From positions 1 to 64,000 of the forward strand of contig JBCBZT010000015.1 of the NCBI GenBank assembly GCA_039815185.1: a stretch of 64,000 bases of DNA. The letters are read 5' to 3'. The DNA comes from Cyanobacteria bacterium P01_A01_bin.123 (lineage in GTDB: Bacteria > Cyanobacteriota > Cyanobacteriia > Phormidesmidales > Phormidesmidaceae). The notes below the pieces were generated by a model. That model was given only the letters and a program-made list of their open reading frames with translations, did not search any database and was not told the origin of the DNA. Made by a program: the position numbers and the translations under genes. Shown piece by piece: positions 1 to 11,159 of the stretch (position 1 is the stretch's first letter; every line of letters starts with the position of its first letter).

Positions 1-66
1 GCGGCGATGGGGATTGACAAGCTGAGGAAGGCTCTTGATTCTACGTCGCAAGCTCTATGGGCTTGA
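1..66 (+). CDS. possible 3' end of a gene entering the window (AAMGIDKLRKALDSTSQALWA*)
   Basis: Frame 1 is open to TGA at 64-66; too short to identify. Confidence 0.3.
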   Translation, partial: AAMGIDKLRKALDSTSQALWA

Positions 67-129
67 GGATGCGTCCAGAGTCACTTCCAGCATTATTATT
101 GCTGATGGCTTGCCAATCCCAACATACAA

Positions 130-191
130 GGATGGGTTAGCAGAGCGTAACCCATGCTGGCGTTGGGTTTCGTTCCTCAACCACAACCTAC
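130..191. repeat. REP-like palindrome pair
   Basis: ATGGGTTAGCAGAGCGTAACCCAT hairpin followed by GTTGGGTTTCGTTCCTCAACCACAACCTAC, which ends in CTAC; resembles GTAG-family REP doublets. Confidence 0.6.
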
Positions 192-429
192 ACGGACTCA
201 CGTTACCTACTTAGCCTTGCGATTACAGATCTGTCTAACACTCCATTTTCTGGGTAAAGCCTATGCTAGGTATCCCAAGAGTGTTAGGCGGATTCAATAC
301 TCTTGAGGCTATTTAAAGCGGTCAATATTCGAGGAGAAACGTAACAGTTCTCTGAAAGAATGTCTTCTCCCCCTGACAATTGAATACACTATGCTCAGAA
401 TCTTTCTGAGTTAAAAGCGGGAGAGCCCT

Positions 430-741
430 ATGAATACACGTAAGGTGACTGTTAAGAGTCTGGATCCCATTTCTTTGGGTAAAATTCAGGGTATTATCTT
501 GGCGGTTATAGGCTTGATTGCCGGGGTATTTTTTGCCCTGTTCTCTGTCATCGGGGGATTGGCTGCAGATAGCCCGATCGCAGCGATTGGAGGTGGCATT
601 GGCGCAATTATTTTTGTCCCGGTTTTCTATGGCGTTCTTGGTTTCATTGGTGGACTGCTGACGGCAGTAATTTACAATTTAGCAGCGTCTTCTGTGGGCG
701 GCATTGAGATGGAATTTAAATACACTGATGATGTGCTGTAA
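430..741 (+). CDS. small two-TM membrane protein (DUF3566-like)
   Basis: 103-aa ORF with GGGAG RBS, two hydrophobic segments and a C-terminal YN...GGIE motif. Confidence 0.7.
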   Translation: MNTRKVTVKSLDPISLGKIQGIILAVIGLIAGVFFALFSVIGGLAADSPIAAIGGGIGAIIFVPVFYGVLGFIGGLLTAVIYNLAASSVGGIEMEFKYTDDVL

Positions 742-799
742 GCTCTGCAGGGTTTTCCTAGAGTAGAAATCCTTTAACCGACGAGCTAAGGGATTGCTT

Positions 800-834
800 A
801 AAAAACTCGCTTACTTTGTAGGTAAGCGAGTTTT
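800..834. terminator. bidirectional intrinsic terminator
   Basis: AAAAACTCGCTTAC-loop-GTAAGCGAGTTTT between convergent genes. Confidence 0.75.
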
Positions 835-922
835 CAGGTTTTAAGGGGTAATTCTGTCAGAGTACAAGTCAACTCTATTGTGAACTAGGCAATCACTGGG
901 AAATGCACCATCTTGACTTGAG

Positions 923-1273
923 CTATTTGATGAGTCTGATGGTCAAGGGATAGCGATAGGACTCTCCTTGGCCAGCTTTGATACCTGCAATAATGGCAAA
1001 GACCAACCAGAAAATACCCAAAGCCAATAACATGAAAATGCCGATGACAACGAGCATCAAAATGCCACTGATAACGGCATAAATGAACATTGAAATTTGA
1101 AAATTTAAAGCCTCTTTGCCCTGCTCATCGACGAAGGGCATTTCGTCCTTTTTGACCAACCAGACAATCAGTGGCCCAATGATGTTGCCAAATGGAATGA
1201 CAAAACCGACTAAGCTGCTCAGATGGGCGATCATGCCCCAATTCCGAGCTTCTTGATTTTGCTCTAAAGCCAT
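923..1273 (-). CDS. DUF4870 membrane protein
   Basis: AHLS...GPLIVWL.KKDEMPFVDEQGKEALNFQ...YRYPL motifs; likely start is the ATG at 1273. Confidence 0.85.
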   Translation of the reverse strand: MALEQNQEARNWGMIAHLSSLVGFVIPFGNIIGPLIVWLVKKDEMPFVDEQGKEALNFQISMFIYAVISGILMLVVIGIFMLLALGIFWLVFAIIAGIKAGQGESYRYPLTIRLIK

Positions 1274-1502
1274 GCGTTTGAAGTCCCAGGTTAATAAATA
1301 CAGCATTAGAGTGCCACTGCGAGTGGGTTTACTCACTTGGCAGTAACACTTTTTAACTGAATCAAGCCCAAGGGGCGTTTTTCCAGACAATGGCTAGGAT
1401 TCGGTCGCAAGGGTTTAGAAAACTCAAAATTTCTACATGTCCATGGGAAAATTCGTCTAGGCTCGAACTGATGAGTGTTAACCCCGATTTTTTTTGGTTT
1501 TT

Positions 1503-3980
1503 ATGGTTCATCCTGCTGTTCCCTTAGCCAAGCCTGCCGATGATGCTGTGTTACGGCGGGGGTCAAAGACTGGCTCAGAAGAGCCACCGCAATTCGAGTT
1601 ACCCTCTCCCAAAGCTGTCCAGGCTGCGGTGCTTGATGTTACTGGTATGAAGTGTGCGGGCTGCGTTAAGGCCGTGGAACAAACCCTATTAGCCTGTGAT
1701 GGAGTCGTGGCTGCTACCGTCAACCTAGTGACTGAAATGGCAGCAGTAGAGTGGACGCCGGGACAGGGCAGCCCCCAAGGTTTCGCTGAAGCGTTGACGG
1801 AAGCAGGCTTTCCCAGTCAGCCTCGGGGGCAGGCTGAGGGCACAGGTCAGGGGGGCCAAAATCGAGCCCAGCAGTGGGCTGCTCGCAAACGAGCAGAACA
1901 GCGACAGCAGCTGCAACAGGTCGCGATCGCCATCAGTTTGCTGATGCTCTCCGCCATCGGTCATCTCAAGCACTGGGGATGGCTAGCAGTACCTGTGGTG
2001 AGCAATATTGGGTTTCATGCTGGGTTAGCGACCCTAGCTTTAGCCCTCCCCGGTCGCCCGATTTTGCTCGACGGCTGGCGCGGCTTACGACGCGGTGCCC
2101 CGAATATGAATACGCTGGTCGGGCTGGGTACGCTCAGCGCCTATCTCACCAGCGTAGTGGCCCTTCTGTTTCCCCAGTTGGGTTGGGAGTGCTTCTTTGA
2201 TGAACCCGTAATGCTGATCAGCTTTATTGTGCTGGGGCGCACCCTGGAGCAGCGGGCTCGGTATCGGGCAGCTGATGCTTTGCAGGCTTTAATTGCGTTG
2301 CAACCTGCGACGGCTCGGTTGATTTCTAATTTGGATGTCCCAGAAGCGTCCCAGATTACTGTTGAGATTCCAGTAGAACAGGTGCAAATCGGGGAAGGGT
2401 TGCGGGTGCTACCAGGGGAAACTGTGTCTGTCGATGGGGTGCTGATCCAGGGTCAAACTACCGTGGATGAGTCGATGCTGACGGGGGAATCAATGCCCGT
2501 CTTGAAGCAGGTAGAAGATACCGTTTCGGCGGGAACGGTAAACCAAACGGGGGCGATCGCGCTGCGAGTCACCCAGACCGGATCTGACACGGTGCTGTCC
2601 CGGATGATCGCCATGGTCGAAACAGCCCAGACCCGCAAAGCCCCGATTCAGGGTTTGGCTGATAGCATCTCGGGTTATTTCACTTATGGCGTGTTGACCC
2701 TGGCCACATTGACCTTTCTGTTTTGGTATTTGATTGGCTTCAATGTGTGGCCTGAGGCTGTATCGACTGCCCTGGGACAGGCCCATATCGGTCATACGAT
2801 GGCGGCTCAGTCCTCTCATCTGCTGGTTAGTTTGAAGTTGGCGATTGCGGTATTAGTGATTGCTTGCCCCTGTGCTTTGGGCTTGGCTACCCCCACGGCA
2901 ATTTTGGTGGGATCTGGCATTGGTGCAGAACGGGGGTTGTTGATTCGTGGTGGTGACATTTTAGAAGCCGTACGTCAGCTCGATACGCTGGTGTTTGATA
3001 AAACGGGGACCCTCACCACCGGGAAAGCTAAAGTCACAGATTGTTTGCCGCTGGTGGATACCCTGGATGCTGATACTCTACTTCAACTGGCCGTTACCGT
3101 TGAACAGGGAACCCGCCATCCCCTAGCAATGGCGGTACAAACTGCGGCCCGCGATCGCGACCTAACGCCCTTCCAAGCCGACCAGTTTGAAACGGTCGCT
3201 GGTTTAGGTGTCAAGGCCTGCGTTATCTGGCAAGATCGGCCCCAAACGGTGATCATCGGTAATCCGGCCTGGTTAAAGCACCACGACATTGTCATTCCAG
3301 AGACCGTCCAAACCCAAGCTGATCAGTGGGTACATCAAGGTAAGACAGTCATTTATCTGGCCATAGATCATCAGCTTGCTGGACTCCTGGCTGCTGCTGA
3401 TACCCTCCGCAATGACGCTCAGACGACCCTCGACCAACTGCGTCATTTAGGCCATCGGGTTTACCTACTTTCTGGTGATCATCCAACAACCGCTACCGCC
3501 ATTGCCCAACAACTCGATATCCCGGCTGCAAATGTCTTTGCTGGCGTGACGCCAGCGGAAAAAGTTGCCGCGATCGCCCAGCTTCAGGAGGCGGGCCACA
3601 ACGTTGGGTTGGTGGGCGACGGCATTAATGATGCCCCCGCCCTGGCTCAAGCTGATGTCGGTATTGCCCTCCATTCAGGGACTGATGCTGCGATTGAAAC
3701 TGCGGGGGTTGTGCTGATGGGCGATCGCTTGACAGACGTGCTCACCGCCATCCGCCTTAGCCACGCCACCGTCAACAAAATTCGCCAAAATCTGGGTTGG
3801 GCGTTTACCTATAACCTGATTGGCATTCCCTTTGCTGCGGGTGCCCTGCTGCCAAGTCAAGGCATCATGCTCAGTCCAGCTGCTGCTGGAGGCTTAATGG
3901 CTTTTAGTTCGGTTAGTGTGGTGCTCAATTCGCTGCTGCTGCGTTATCAAGTTCCCGCTGACGTTAATTTGTCCGCCTAA
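1503..3980 (+). CDS. ctaA: Cu(+)-translocating P1B-type ATPase
   Basis: GMKCAGC metal-binding domain, TGES, CPC, DKTGT, GDGIND and YN motifs. Confidence 0.85.
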   Translation: MVHPAVPLAKPADDAVLRRGSKTGSEEPPQFELPSPKAVQAAVLDVTGMKCAGCVKAVEQTLLACDGVVAATVNLVTEMAAVEWTPGQGSPQGFAEALTEAGFPSQPRGQAEGTGQGGQNRAQQWAARKRAEQRQQLQQVAIAISLLMLSAIGHLKHWGWLAVPVVSNIGFHAGLATLALALPGRPILLDGWRGLRRGAPNMNTLVGLGTLSAYLTSVVALLFPQLGWECFFDEPVMLISFIVLGRTLEQRARYRAADALQALIALQPATARLISNLDVPEASQITVEIPVEQVQIGEGLRVLPGETVSVDGVLIQGQTTVDESMLTGESMPVLKQVEDTVSAGTVNQTGAIALRVTQTGSDTVLSRMIAMVETAQTRKAPIQGLADSISGYFTYGVLTLATLTFLFWYLIGFNVWPEAVSTALGQAHIGHTMAAQSSHLLVSLKLAIAVLVIACPCALGLATPTAILVGSGIGAERGLLIRGGDILEAVRQLDTLVFDKTGTLTTGKAKVTDCLPLVDTLDADTLLQLAVTVEQGTRHPLAMAVQTAARDRDLTPFQADQFETVAGLGVKACVIWQDRPQTVIIGNPAWLKHHDIVIPETVQTQADQWVHQGKTVIYLAIDHQLAGLLAAADTLRNDAQTTLDQLRHLGHRVYLLSGDHPTTATAIAQQLDIPAANVFAGVTPAEKVAAIAQLQEAGHNVGLVGDGINDAPALAQADVGIALHSGTDAAIETAGVVLMGDRLTDVLTAIRLSHATVNKIRQNLGWAFTYNLIGIPFAAGALLPSQGIMLSPAAAGGLMAFSSVSVVLNSLLLRYQVPADVNLSA

Positions 3981-4097
3981 GAAATTTGGATTTTAAATAT
4001 TGCAATCCAAAATCCAAAATTGATAGCCTCAGCCGATCGCAGGTTGGTAAAAAATTAATGTAAAACTAGGGTTAGAGCCTTCTGATTGAGGACTGTC

Positions 4098-4973
4098 ATG
4101 ACTGACCCTGCTGATAACGCCATTCGCCAAAGTCAATTGCTGAATCGACTCGTGATCGACTACGACACCACCGAAGAAGTGGGTCATGTTGACCAGGTAT
4201 TGGTGGATGTCAAGGCCCACCAGGTTGAAGCTTTGGTGTGTAAGGCAGCTGGGTTATTTAACCGCGATCGCTCAACCTTTGCCTGGGTACAGCTGCACAA
4301 TATTGGGCGCGACAGTATCTTGGTGCGGGGCCAGGGTGGTGCGGGTTCCGAGAAGTTGGCTGCGGCCCAGCCGATGATGGGCCTGGAAGTATGGACCGAT
4401 GCGGGTAATCAGGTGGGCCGACTGGTCGATTATCTGATTGATCCAGAAACGGGGGCCGTGCGCGCCTATTTGTTTGCCAGTGATGGATTTCGTGGCATTA
4501 CCGAGGGCGTTTTGCAGTTGTTCCCTAAGGACGTGATCAGTGCTGGCCGTAAGCGCATTATGGTCACCGAGACTGCCGCCGATGAAGCAGAGCATTTAAC
4601 CGGCGGCATTGCCACTGAAGCAACAGAATTCTTTAAAGAAGACTACGCCAAAACCAAAGAAGACTGGGAGTCAGCTTTAGGCAGCACGAAAGCGATCGCC
4701 GAAAAGTTTCAATCCCGCGCTCAAAAGATCGCCAAGCAAGCCAAACGTCAATTTTCCGCCCGCACCAAAGACCTCCAGGCCACCACAGAAGAGTTAGGTA
4801 GCGAAGTCCAAAAACGCTTATCTGACGTCAAAGACCAACTTCAAACCGGGTCATCCCGACCCCATCGTCGACCGAAAGAATCTCATGGGGAAGACACGAT
4901 CGACATCACTCCCTTAGAAGCCTGGATTGAGGATGACACACCAACGGATGATCCTCCACAGTCAAACACATAG
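4098..4973 (+). CDS. PRC-barrel domain protein
   Basis: Two PRC-like repeats ([28 protein letters not shown]) plus a coiled-coil tail; GAGG RBS. Confidence 0.8.
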   Translation: MTDPADNAIRQSQLLNRLVIDYDTTEEVGHVDQVLVDVKAHQVEALVCKAAGLFNRDRSTFAWVQLHNIGRDSILVRGQGGAGSEKLAAAQPMMGLEVWTDAGNQVGRLVDYLIDPETGAVRAYLFASDGFRGITEGVLQLFPKDVISAGRKRIMVTETAADEAEHLTGGIATEATEFFKEDYAKTKEDWESALGSTKAIAEKFQSRAQKIAKQAKRQFSARTKDLQATTEELGSEVQKRLSDVKDQLQTGSSRPHRRPKESHGEDTIDITPLEAWIEDDTPTDDPPQSNT

Positions 4974-4986
4974 GGAGAAATGGGAT

Positions 4987-5388
4987 ATGAGCCAGAACGC
5001 AATACTGGATAAACGCATAGAAATCTTCCAAGGGGATATTACCCAGCAGTCTGTTGATGCGATTGTTAATGCAGCCAACCAGTCCTTAATGGCAGGTGGT
5101 GGCGTCTGCGGTGCAATCCACCGTGCAGCAGGGCCTGCTCTGGAAGAGGAGTGTTTGACGCTCAAATGGTGCGAGGAAGGAGAGGCAAAAATTACTCAAG
5201 GGTACAACCTCAAAGCCCAATGGGTAATTCACACCGTGGGGCCAGTTTGGGAAGGGGGACGCTACGGAGAAGATGAAACCCTCGCGCAATGCTATCGGAG
5301 TTGCCTAGACCTGGCAGTTGAACATGGCATCAAGACGATTGCATTTCCAGCCATCAGCACAGGCACGTATGGTTACACCAAACGCTGA
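4987..5388 (+). pseudogene. macro-domain O-acetyl-ADP-ribose deacetylase (YmdB-like), C-terminally truncated
   Basis: [26 protein letters not shown] and FPAISTG motifs; stops at GYTKR*, lacking the last helix and strand. Confidence 0.65.
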
Positions 5389-5430
5389 CTCAGGTTTTAG
5401 TGTGGCTGACGATGGCACCATTCTAGATTG

Positions 5431-6180
5431 ATGGAAGTTTTTGGCGGCGTTTTGTTAATCATCATGGGGGGCTATGTGGGCTATGCCCTGTGCCTTATCC
5501 CGATGGGTAAGCTGCTGGCTTACCGCCAATGTCGCACCCTCTCCTCAGCGCCCAACGCCCTGATCTATCTAGCAGGCACAACGACAAACCAACCGCCCCT
5601 GGTCAGTCCTTTAGGGAAGACTGCCTGCATCCAATGGAAAATTCAAGTTTTAGAAACCACCGGCAGTGGGCAGCGTAAAACAACGATTAAACGTTTAGAG
5701 ATCCGCTCAGATCAGCCCTATTTCATTAGCGATGGCACCCACCTCGTTAAAGTCTTCCTCCCACAATCTCTGGGAGATCCCTTGCTGCGGATTGGGCGAT
5801 TGATGCTCGGGCTTCCCCGGCTTGGGCTTGGGGAAATCTTTGGCAAAGGTGAGCTATCCTACCGCGCCCACCAAAATCTATGTCAACCGTTTGAAGATGG
5901 CCGCGTTACCGCTCTGCTGGCAAGCCACGGGATCTCTTTAAAGGGCATGCTCGGGTTGGCGCGTAACCTTTCTGTCCGGGAATATATCTTCACCCCAGGA
6001 CAACCCATCTATATTTGGGGTAAGCTGATACGCCATCGGCAAGCCATTCATTTGATGGCCAAAATAGTGTCATTTCGCAGCCGTTTAACCTTAATCTTGG
6101 CTAGCTTGGGACTCGGTCTGTTTGGCTTGTTGGTAGCGCTACTAGGGGCAAAACTGATCTACGAGTTTGGCCTGAGGTGA
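5431..6180 (+). CDS. membrane-anchored hypothetical protein (GIDE-domain-like)
   Basis: N- and C-terminal TM helices; PLVSPL..TAC, F.ISDGT..V and RE....G..IY..G pattern. Confidence 0.55.
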   Translation: MEVFGGVLLIIMGGYVGYALCLIPMGKLLAYRQCRTLSSAPNALIYLAGTTTNQPPLVSPLGKTACIQWKIQVLETTGSGQRKTTIKRLEIRSDQPYFISDGTHLVKVFLPQSLGDPLLRIGRLMLGLPRLGLGEIFGKGELSYRAHQNLCQPFEDGRVTALLASHGISLKGMLGLARNLSVREYIFTPGQPIYIWGKLIRHRQAIHLMAKIVSFRSRLTLILASLGLGLFGLLVALLGAKLIYEFGLR

Positions 6181-6208
6181 AGGGAATTAATCCTTGGTGC
6201 TTTGCCCA

Positions 6209-6514
6209 CTATTGTCGCCCGAAATAAGATACCTCTAAGTCAGCACACCACCCCGGCATCGTATTTTCGTAAAGGTATACCCGTTCAACCCGATAATAAA
6301 CCCCATCGCGGAATAAACAATCGCCAATGCGCGGAATGATTGGGTAATTGGCAAACCATAGGGCATCCTCGCGGGGACTGCGCTGGGTTGGTACTTTGGG
6401 GGCACGGTACATAATTTGCACCTTAAAGCCAGGCGCTACGGCAGGTGTTGCTTTGGCCTTAGCTGCGCTAGTTCTAGATGAGGTTGTTTTCTTGGGCACA
6501 CTTTTCTCCGTCAC
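6209..6514 (-). CDS. hypothetical protein
   Basis: 101-aa ORF with a globular C-terminal part (PIIPRIGDCL). Confidence 0.6.
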   Translation of the reverse strand: MTEKSVPKKTTSSRTSAAKAKATPAVAPGFKVQIMYRAPKVPTQRSPREDALWFANYPIIPRIGDCLFRDGVYYRVERVYLYENTMPGWCADLEVSYFGRQ

Positions 6515-6744
6515 GGTGCTTGAGCTGAATGAACACTGCCTGCCGATCTCGGGTAAAGATTGCCTCGATCAAAGACAACCTCTCTGCATCTTAAACGCGA
6601 CTCCCCCAAACCCTAGCTAACTTACAAGCAAATTCTTAACTTGTGACCTTAGCAGCTCAGCCTATCGCAATGTAGTCTAATTGCCGCAACTGAATGACCT
6701 ATATTGATTACGTTGATCAACACCGTTGGCGTCTTTAAGGTGAG

Positions 6745-8067
6745 CTACTGCTGCGCTTTTGCCTCCATCAGCTGCCGATATTTCTGGGTCTCTGTCAACA
6801 CAGGGTTAATCCCAAACCAGCGGGCTTCAGGGGCTCGGTATTCAAATAGGTAGAGTTTACGAATCAGGGTATTGTAGTCTTCGTCGCCCTGGACACCCTT
6901 TTCAGCGGCGTGGAGCAGCAACTGCCACTCGTCGTCATCGAGGGGGCCGGTCAGGTCATCCCGTTCGTTGCGAATCACAGATTCTAGGGTGGCACGTTTG
7001 AAGGGGGGGTCTTCTTTTTGTAAACAGCTAAACAGCAGCCGAATGACGTTACGCATGTGGCCGCCGCTAATGGTGCAGAGGCGCTCTAAGCTTTCAGCAG
7101 TGTCGAAGACTTCGGTGACGCGGCTCATCCGGTCTTTGGGCGGCACATCGGGGAAGGCGCGGGCCATCACCATTTGGCGCAGTAGCGTCAGACCGGGTTC
7201 GTAAGGGGTACCATCATGGGTCCGGACGGGTACCATCGGCAACACTTTAGGGCGATCGCCGAAGCGCATAATCAACTGCGTTAAATCATCGGAAAAGGCC
7301 AGTTCCATGGGGATGGTATAGACCACATGGCAGGCCAGTCGCCGCAGTTGTTCCCCACGGTTGATAAACAAATATTCAGACTGGAGCCGCTTATCGTATT
7401 TTGGGGTGTTGTCCATGCGGTCGAGGTTATCGACAATCACGGCTAGACCCCGCTTACCTTGGCTTTGTAGGGCTTCGATACCCGGCTTGAGCAGCTCTTC
7501 GTTGACGGCTTCGATGATGCTGCGGGTACGCGGTTCTAAAAACTGCTGTAGTTGACTCCGCAGTTCATCGCTTTCTTTGACCTCGGCGGTGATGGAAGCA
7601 ATGCCTGCTGAAAAGCTCACATCCGCAATTGACACAGGCGATCGCAGAATACCCGCCACCTCTTTCATTAGATTTTGAAAATAGTTGGGCCGGAGGCGAA
7701 TGTTCTCTTGCTCTAAGCTGGCGCTAACGCGACGGGCGATCGCCAACAGTACATTAGTCACCTCCACATTGCCCATTTCCAAATCTTGATCGGATTGAAA
7801 ATAGATGACGTGAAACGCCTCGGCTTCAAGCTTTGACTTCAGGCGCAGCAGTTCCGTCGATTTGCCGCTACCCACATGACCCGTGAACAATTGAGTCGTG
7901 GGGCGATCGCCCGCCAGCATGGTAATCGTGCGGCCCAGTTCTTGCACCACATCGCCACCCCGAACTTCAGAGAAGTTAATAAAATAGCGCTGGTCTAGGG
8001 CATCGGCGATTTGCAACGGCCGGGTGGGGTTACAAGCCTGGTAAAACCGAACTAAATCGAGGGCCAT
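6745..8067 (-). CDS. P-loop AAA-type ATPase
   Basis: Walker A GHVGSGKST, Walker B VIVDNLDR, SGGHMR motif. Confidence 0.85.
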   Translation of the reverse strand: MALDLVRFYQACNPTRPLQIADALDQRYFINFSEVRGGDVVQELGRTITMLAGDRPTTQLFTGHVGSGKSTELLRLKSKLEAEAFHVIYFQSDQDLEMGNVEVTNVLLAIARRVSASLEQENIRLRPNYFQNLMKEVAGILRSPVSIADVSFSAGIASITAEVKESDELRSQLQQFLEPRTRSIIEAVNEELLKPGIEALQSQGKRGLAVIVDNLDRMDNTPKYDKRLQSEYLFINRGEQLRRLACHVVYTIPMELAFSDDLTQLIMRFGDRPKVLPMVPVRTHDGTPYEPGLTLLRQMVMARAFPDVPPKDRMSRVTEVFDTAESLERLCTISGGHMRNVIRLLFSCLQKEDPPFKRATLESVIRNERDDLTGPLDDDEWQLLLHAAEKGVQGDEDYNTLIRKLYLFEYRAPEARWFGINPVLTETQKYRQLMEAKAQQ

Positions 8068-8244
8068 GGGCAAATACGGGCGAAAGAAAACACCACAAGG
8101 TTAGCAAGTTGCACCAACATTGAGTCAATCCCTATGATCACGACGAGGAAATAGGCTTTGGGATAGGGTTCAATCCCTTAGCATAGGGGTAAGACCATGG
8201 AGGAGCCGTCATTCAATCAGGCTGCAATAGAGCAGCATTGAATC

Positions 8245-9069
8245 ATGCATTATCTCAAATACCCGACTGAGCAAACCGATCCACCTCTGCCGCCGTGGGA
8301 AACCCTACCCACGATGTATGATCTGCCGAGTGAGAATCCTGAGGAGCCTGGTTTGCCAGACGAATTTCATGATTTGCAACCGCAACTGCTCAGTGCCACC
8401 TTTCGGCTACAGGATCATGCTGCCGATCGATGCTTTACGGCGAGTGACCTTAATCTCTACTATGACGTCCATCATCAGCTCTGGTATAAGCGTCCTGATT
8501 GGTTTGGAGTAGTTGGGGTGCCCCGACTCAATCGAGGCAAAGACATGCGATTGAGTTACGTGATCTGGCAAGAAGGAATCAGCCCCTTTGTGGTTGTCGA
8601 ATTGCTCTCCCCGGGTACAGAGAAGGAAGATCTCGGCCAAACCCCAACTAATACAATGACAACCCAGGCATCACCAGCAGACGATTCACCTCCCAGTAAA
8701 TGGCAAGTTTATGAGCAAATCTTGCGGGTACCCTACTACGTTGTATTTGACCGCTATCGGGATCAGTTACGGGTGTTTCATCTCACCAGTGGTCACTATG
8801 AAGCCATGGATTTATCCGATGATCGGTTCTGGATATCTGAACTGAAGATTGGCATGGGGACTTGGCAGGGAACCTATCAGGGAATCGAGCGGTTATGGCT
8901 ACGCTGGTTTGACCAGCATAATGTCTGGATTCCAACGGCAGATGAGCATGCAGTCGCAGCAGAAAAAGCGTTACTGAAGGAACGACAACGCGCCGAGTCT
9001 GAACGACAACGCGCCGAGCGGTTGGCAGAAAAGCTGCGATCGCTTGGGATTGATCCAGATAAGGATTAA
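8245..9069 (+). CDS. Uma2 family endonuclease-like protein
   Basis: PTMYDLPSE, RPDWFGV, VVELLSPGT motifs and a RAERLAEKLRSLGIDP tail. Confidence 0.9.
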   Translation: MHYLKYPTEQTDPPLPPWETLPTMYDLPSENPEEPGLPDEFHDLQPQLLSATFRLQDHAADRCFTASDLNLYYDVHHQLWYKRPDWFGVVGVPRLNRGKDMRLSYVIWQEGISPFVVVELLSPGTEKEDLGQTPTNTMTTQASPADDSPPSKWQVYEQILRVPYYVVFDRYRDQLRVFHLTSGHYEAMDLSDDRFWISELKIGMGTWQGTYQGIERLWLRWFDQHNVWIPTADEHAVAAEKALLKERQRAESERQRAERLAEKLRSLGIDPDKD

Positions 9070-9279
9070 GCAGGGGCAATTTTTTGCTTAATGTCTTATC
9101 CGTTTCATTGTGTTAATGACTTAGTCTAACGGATATTGATTAGGCGATAATTAGAAAGCTAAATGCAATAGTTTTAAGCTTGGTTTTGCGCATTTCTAAC
9201 GCGCTTGAAATGCTTTAGAGTATGTGCCAATTTCGCTGCGGCTAAAAACTGAGCTGCATTCAGTTATAGGAGAATAGAG

Positions 9280-9804
9280 ATGAATATCCAACAGTTTTTG
9301 CATGAATATAATCAAGGCGATCGCAATTTTTCTGAACTCAACCTTCATGGTGTAGACCTAAGTCGCCATAACCTCAGCGGCATTGACTTAAGCCGGGCTG
9401 ATTTAAGCGGGGCAAACCTCAGTGCAACCAACCTGACTCGAGCAAATCTGAGCTGTGCCAATCTCACTAATGCTGATTTGAGTGGTGCGGATCTGAGTGG
9501 CGCTCATCTCGAAGAAGTGAATTTAATTGGCACCTCCCTGCGCAGCGCCAATTTGGTCGGCAGTAACTTAACTCGGGCAGACATGCGGACAGCTGATATG
9601 GAAGGCGCTGATCTTAGGGGCGCTAATCTCACAGAAGCCGATATTAGCGGTACCAATTGTCGGTATGTCAATCTAGCCAATGCCTGCCTAGACGGGGTGG
9701 ATTTAGAAGGCGTGGATTTAGAGGGCACAGACCTCTCGCAAATCCATTCTGATGTGGAATATGCCTCTAATGGAACATCCCGTCACTGGGTAACGTGGGG
9801 CTAG
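9280..9804 (+). CDS. pentapeptide repeat protein
   Basis: A(D/N)LxX repeats; AGGAG RBS. Confidence 0.9.
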   Translation: MNIQQFLHEYNQGDRNFSELNLHGVDLSRHNLSGIDLSRADLSGANLSATNLTRANLSCANLTNADLSGADLSGAHLEEVNLIGTSLRSANLVGSNLTRADMRTADMEGADLRGANLTEADISGTNCRYVNLANACLDGVDLEGVDLEGTDLSQIHSDVEYASNGTSRHWVTWG

Positions 9805-9894
9805 CACTTTTCAAAAACGATACGATTAAGGCGTTGCAGACTTTGCCCCATTAACTGCGCTTGCTCATAGCAACGGAAACGATTGAGTCAACGA

Positions 9895-10968
9895 TTAGGC
9901 GACTACCTGCTCAAAGCTTTCCTCTTGCTGATCGACATATTGTTCTAGTTCTGCGCGAATTTCACTGGCGCGAGTGTTATTGGGGTTGAGGTCGAGGACG
10001 CGGTCAAAGGCGGCGATCGCATCTTCATAGCGCTCTAGATAGACCAAAACCAGCCCTTGGTTAAACCAGGCTTCTTCCCACTCTGGATCAAGGGCGATCG
10101 CCTGTTGATAAGCGTCATAGGCTTCGCTGTAGCGATCGAGCAGGGCCAACATATTGCCTTGGTAAAACCAACCCCCTTCACTTTCAGGATTGAGCGTTGT
10201 CACATTGACGTAGGATTCTAGGGCTTCGTTGTAGCGCTCCAAGTATTCTAAAGCCACGGCTCTGCCATACCAGGCATTGACCAAATCAGTGTCTAAATCA
10301 ATTGCCTGATTGAACGCTTCTAGGGCCTCTTCGTAATTGCCCATGGGCCCCAGCGATTGCCCCAGCCGCATCCAAGCCCGGGCATAATCAGGTGCAAGAT
10401 TGACGACCTGACGAAAATCCTCGACGGCTTCGACATAGCGATCCATGCCGTTGAAAGCAATGCCGCGATGGTAGTAAGGATAGGGATGCTCAGGATCAAT
10501 GGCGATCGCTTGGGCATAAGCTTCTAATGCCGCTTCTGGGTTGCCAGAATCATCAAGGACATTGCCCAGCTCAGCCCAGGCAAATAGGTTTTGGTCGTCT
10601 CGGTCAATGGCAGTTTCATAGGCCGCGATCGCCTCGGGGTAGCGGCCCAACTGATAGAGGGCATCTGCTTTGCCCACCCAGCCTTCTGCTGGGCTGTCGT
10701 CGAGTTGAATAGCGCGCTCGTATACTGGCAGGGCTGCAGCTGGGTTGTTTTGCTGCATGAGCGCCTCTGCTTGTTGAATTAAGGCCGCATAGTCGTCGCT
10801 GGCTTGGCTAATCAAGACTGGGGTTGCGTCCGCTTTCAGAATTTTGCTGTGCCCTACGGATTGAGATAGACGAGGGGTTTCGATCACGGGCAAACTGTTG
10901 GCCTTGGGTTCATGCAGAAGGGGGACGAGGGCAGCAAGGGCAGTTAGACCAAGATAACGAAGTCGCAT
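9895..10968 (-). CDS. TPR repeat protein with signal peptide
   Basis: 34-aa repeats (AW...G..L..L.RY.EA...Y..AI.LDP). Confidence 0.9.
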   Translation of the reverse strand: MRLRYLGLTALAALVPLLHEPKANSLPVIETPRLSQSVGHSKILKADATPVLISQASDDYAALIQQAEALMQQNNPAAALPVYERAIQLDDSPAEGWVGKADALYQLGRYPEAIAAYETAIDRDDQNLFAWAELGNVLDDSGNPEAALEAYAQAIAIDPEHPYPYYHRGIAFNGMDRYVEAVEDFRQVVNLAPDYARAWMRLGQSLGPMGNYEEALEAFNQAIDLDTDLVNAWYGRAVALEYLERYNEALESYVNVTTLNPESEGGWFYQGNMLALLDRYSEAYDAYQQAIALDPEWEEAWFNQGLVLVYLERYEDAIAAFDRVLDLNPNNTRASEIRAELEQYVDQQEESFEQVVA

Positions 10969-11159
10969 GATTTCAAATCCTCAGGGGGGTGAGTGGTTAT
11001 CTATGGGCCTGTATTTCCCCCGGTCGAGGACTTATACAACCCGATGATTATCCCCCACCATTTGCTTATCCAGGGTTAAGCAAACTCCCAGCTTGCTGGG
11101 TTATTGTGACCCTGGGTTTGTTCCACACGCACCTTGCTTCAATCGGGAGAAAACAGATC

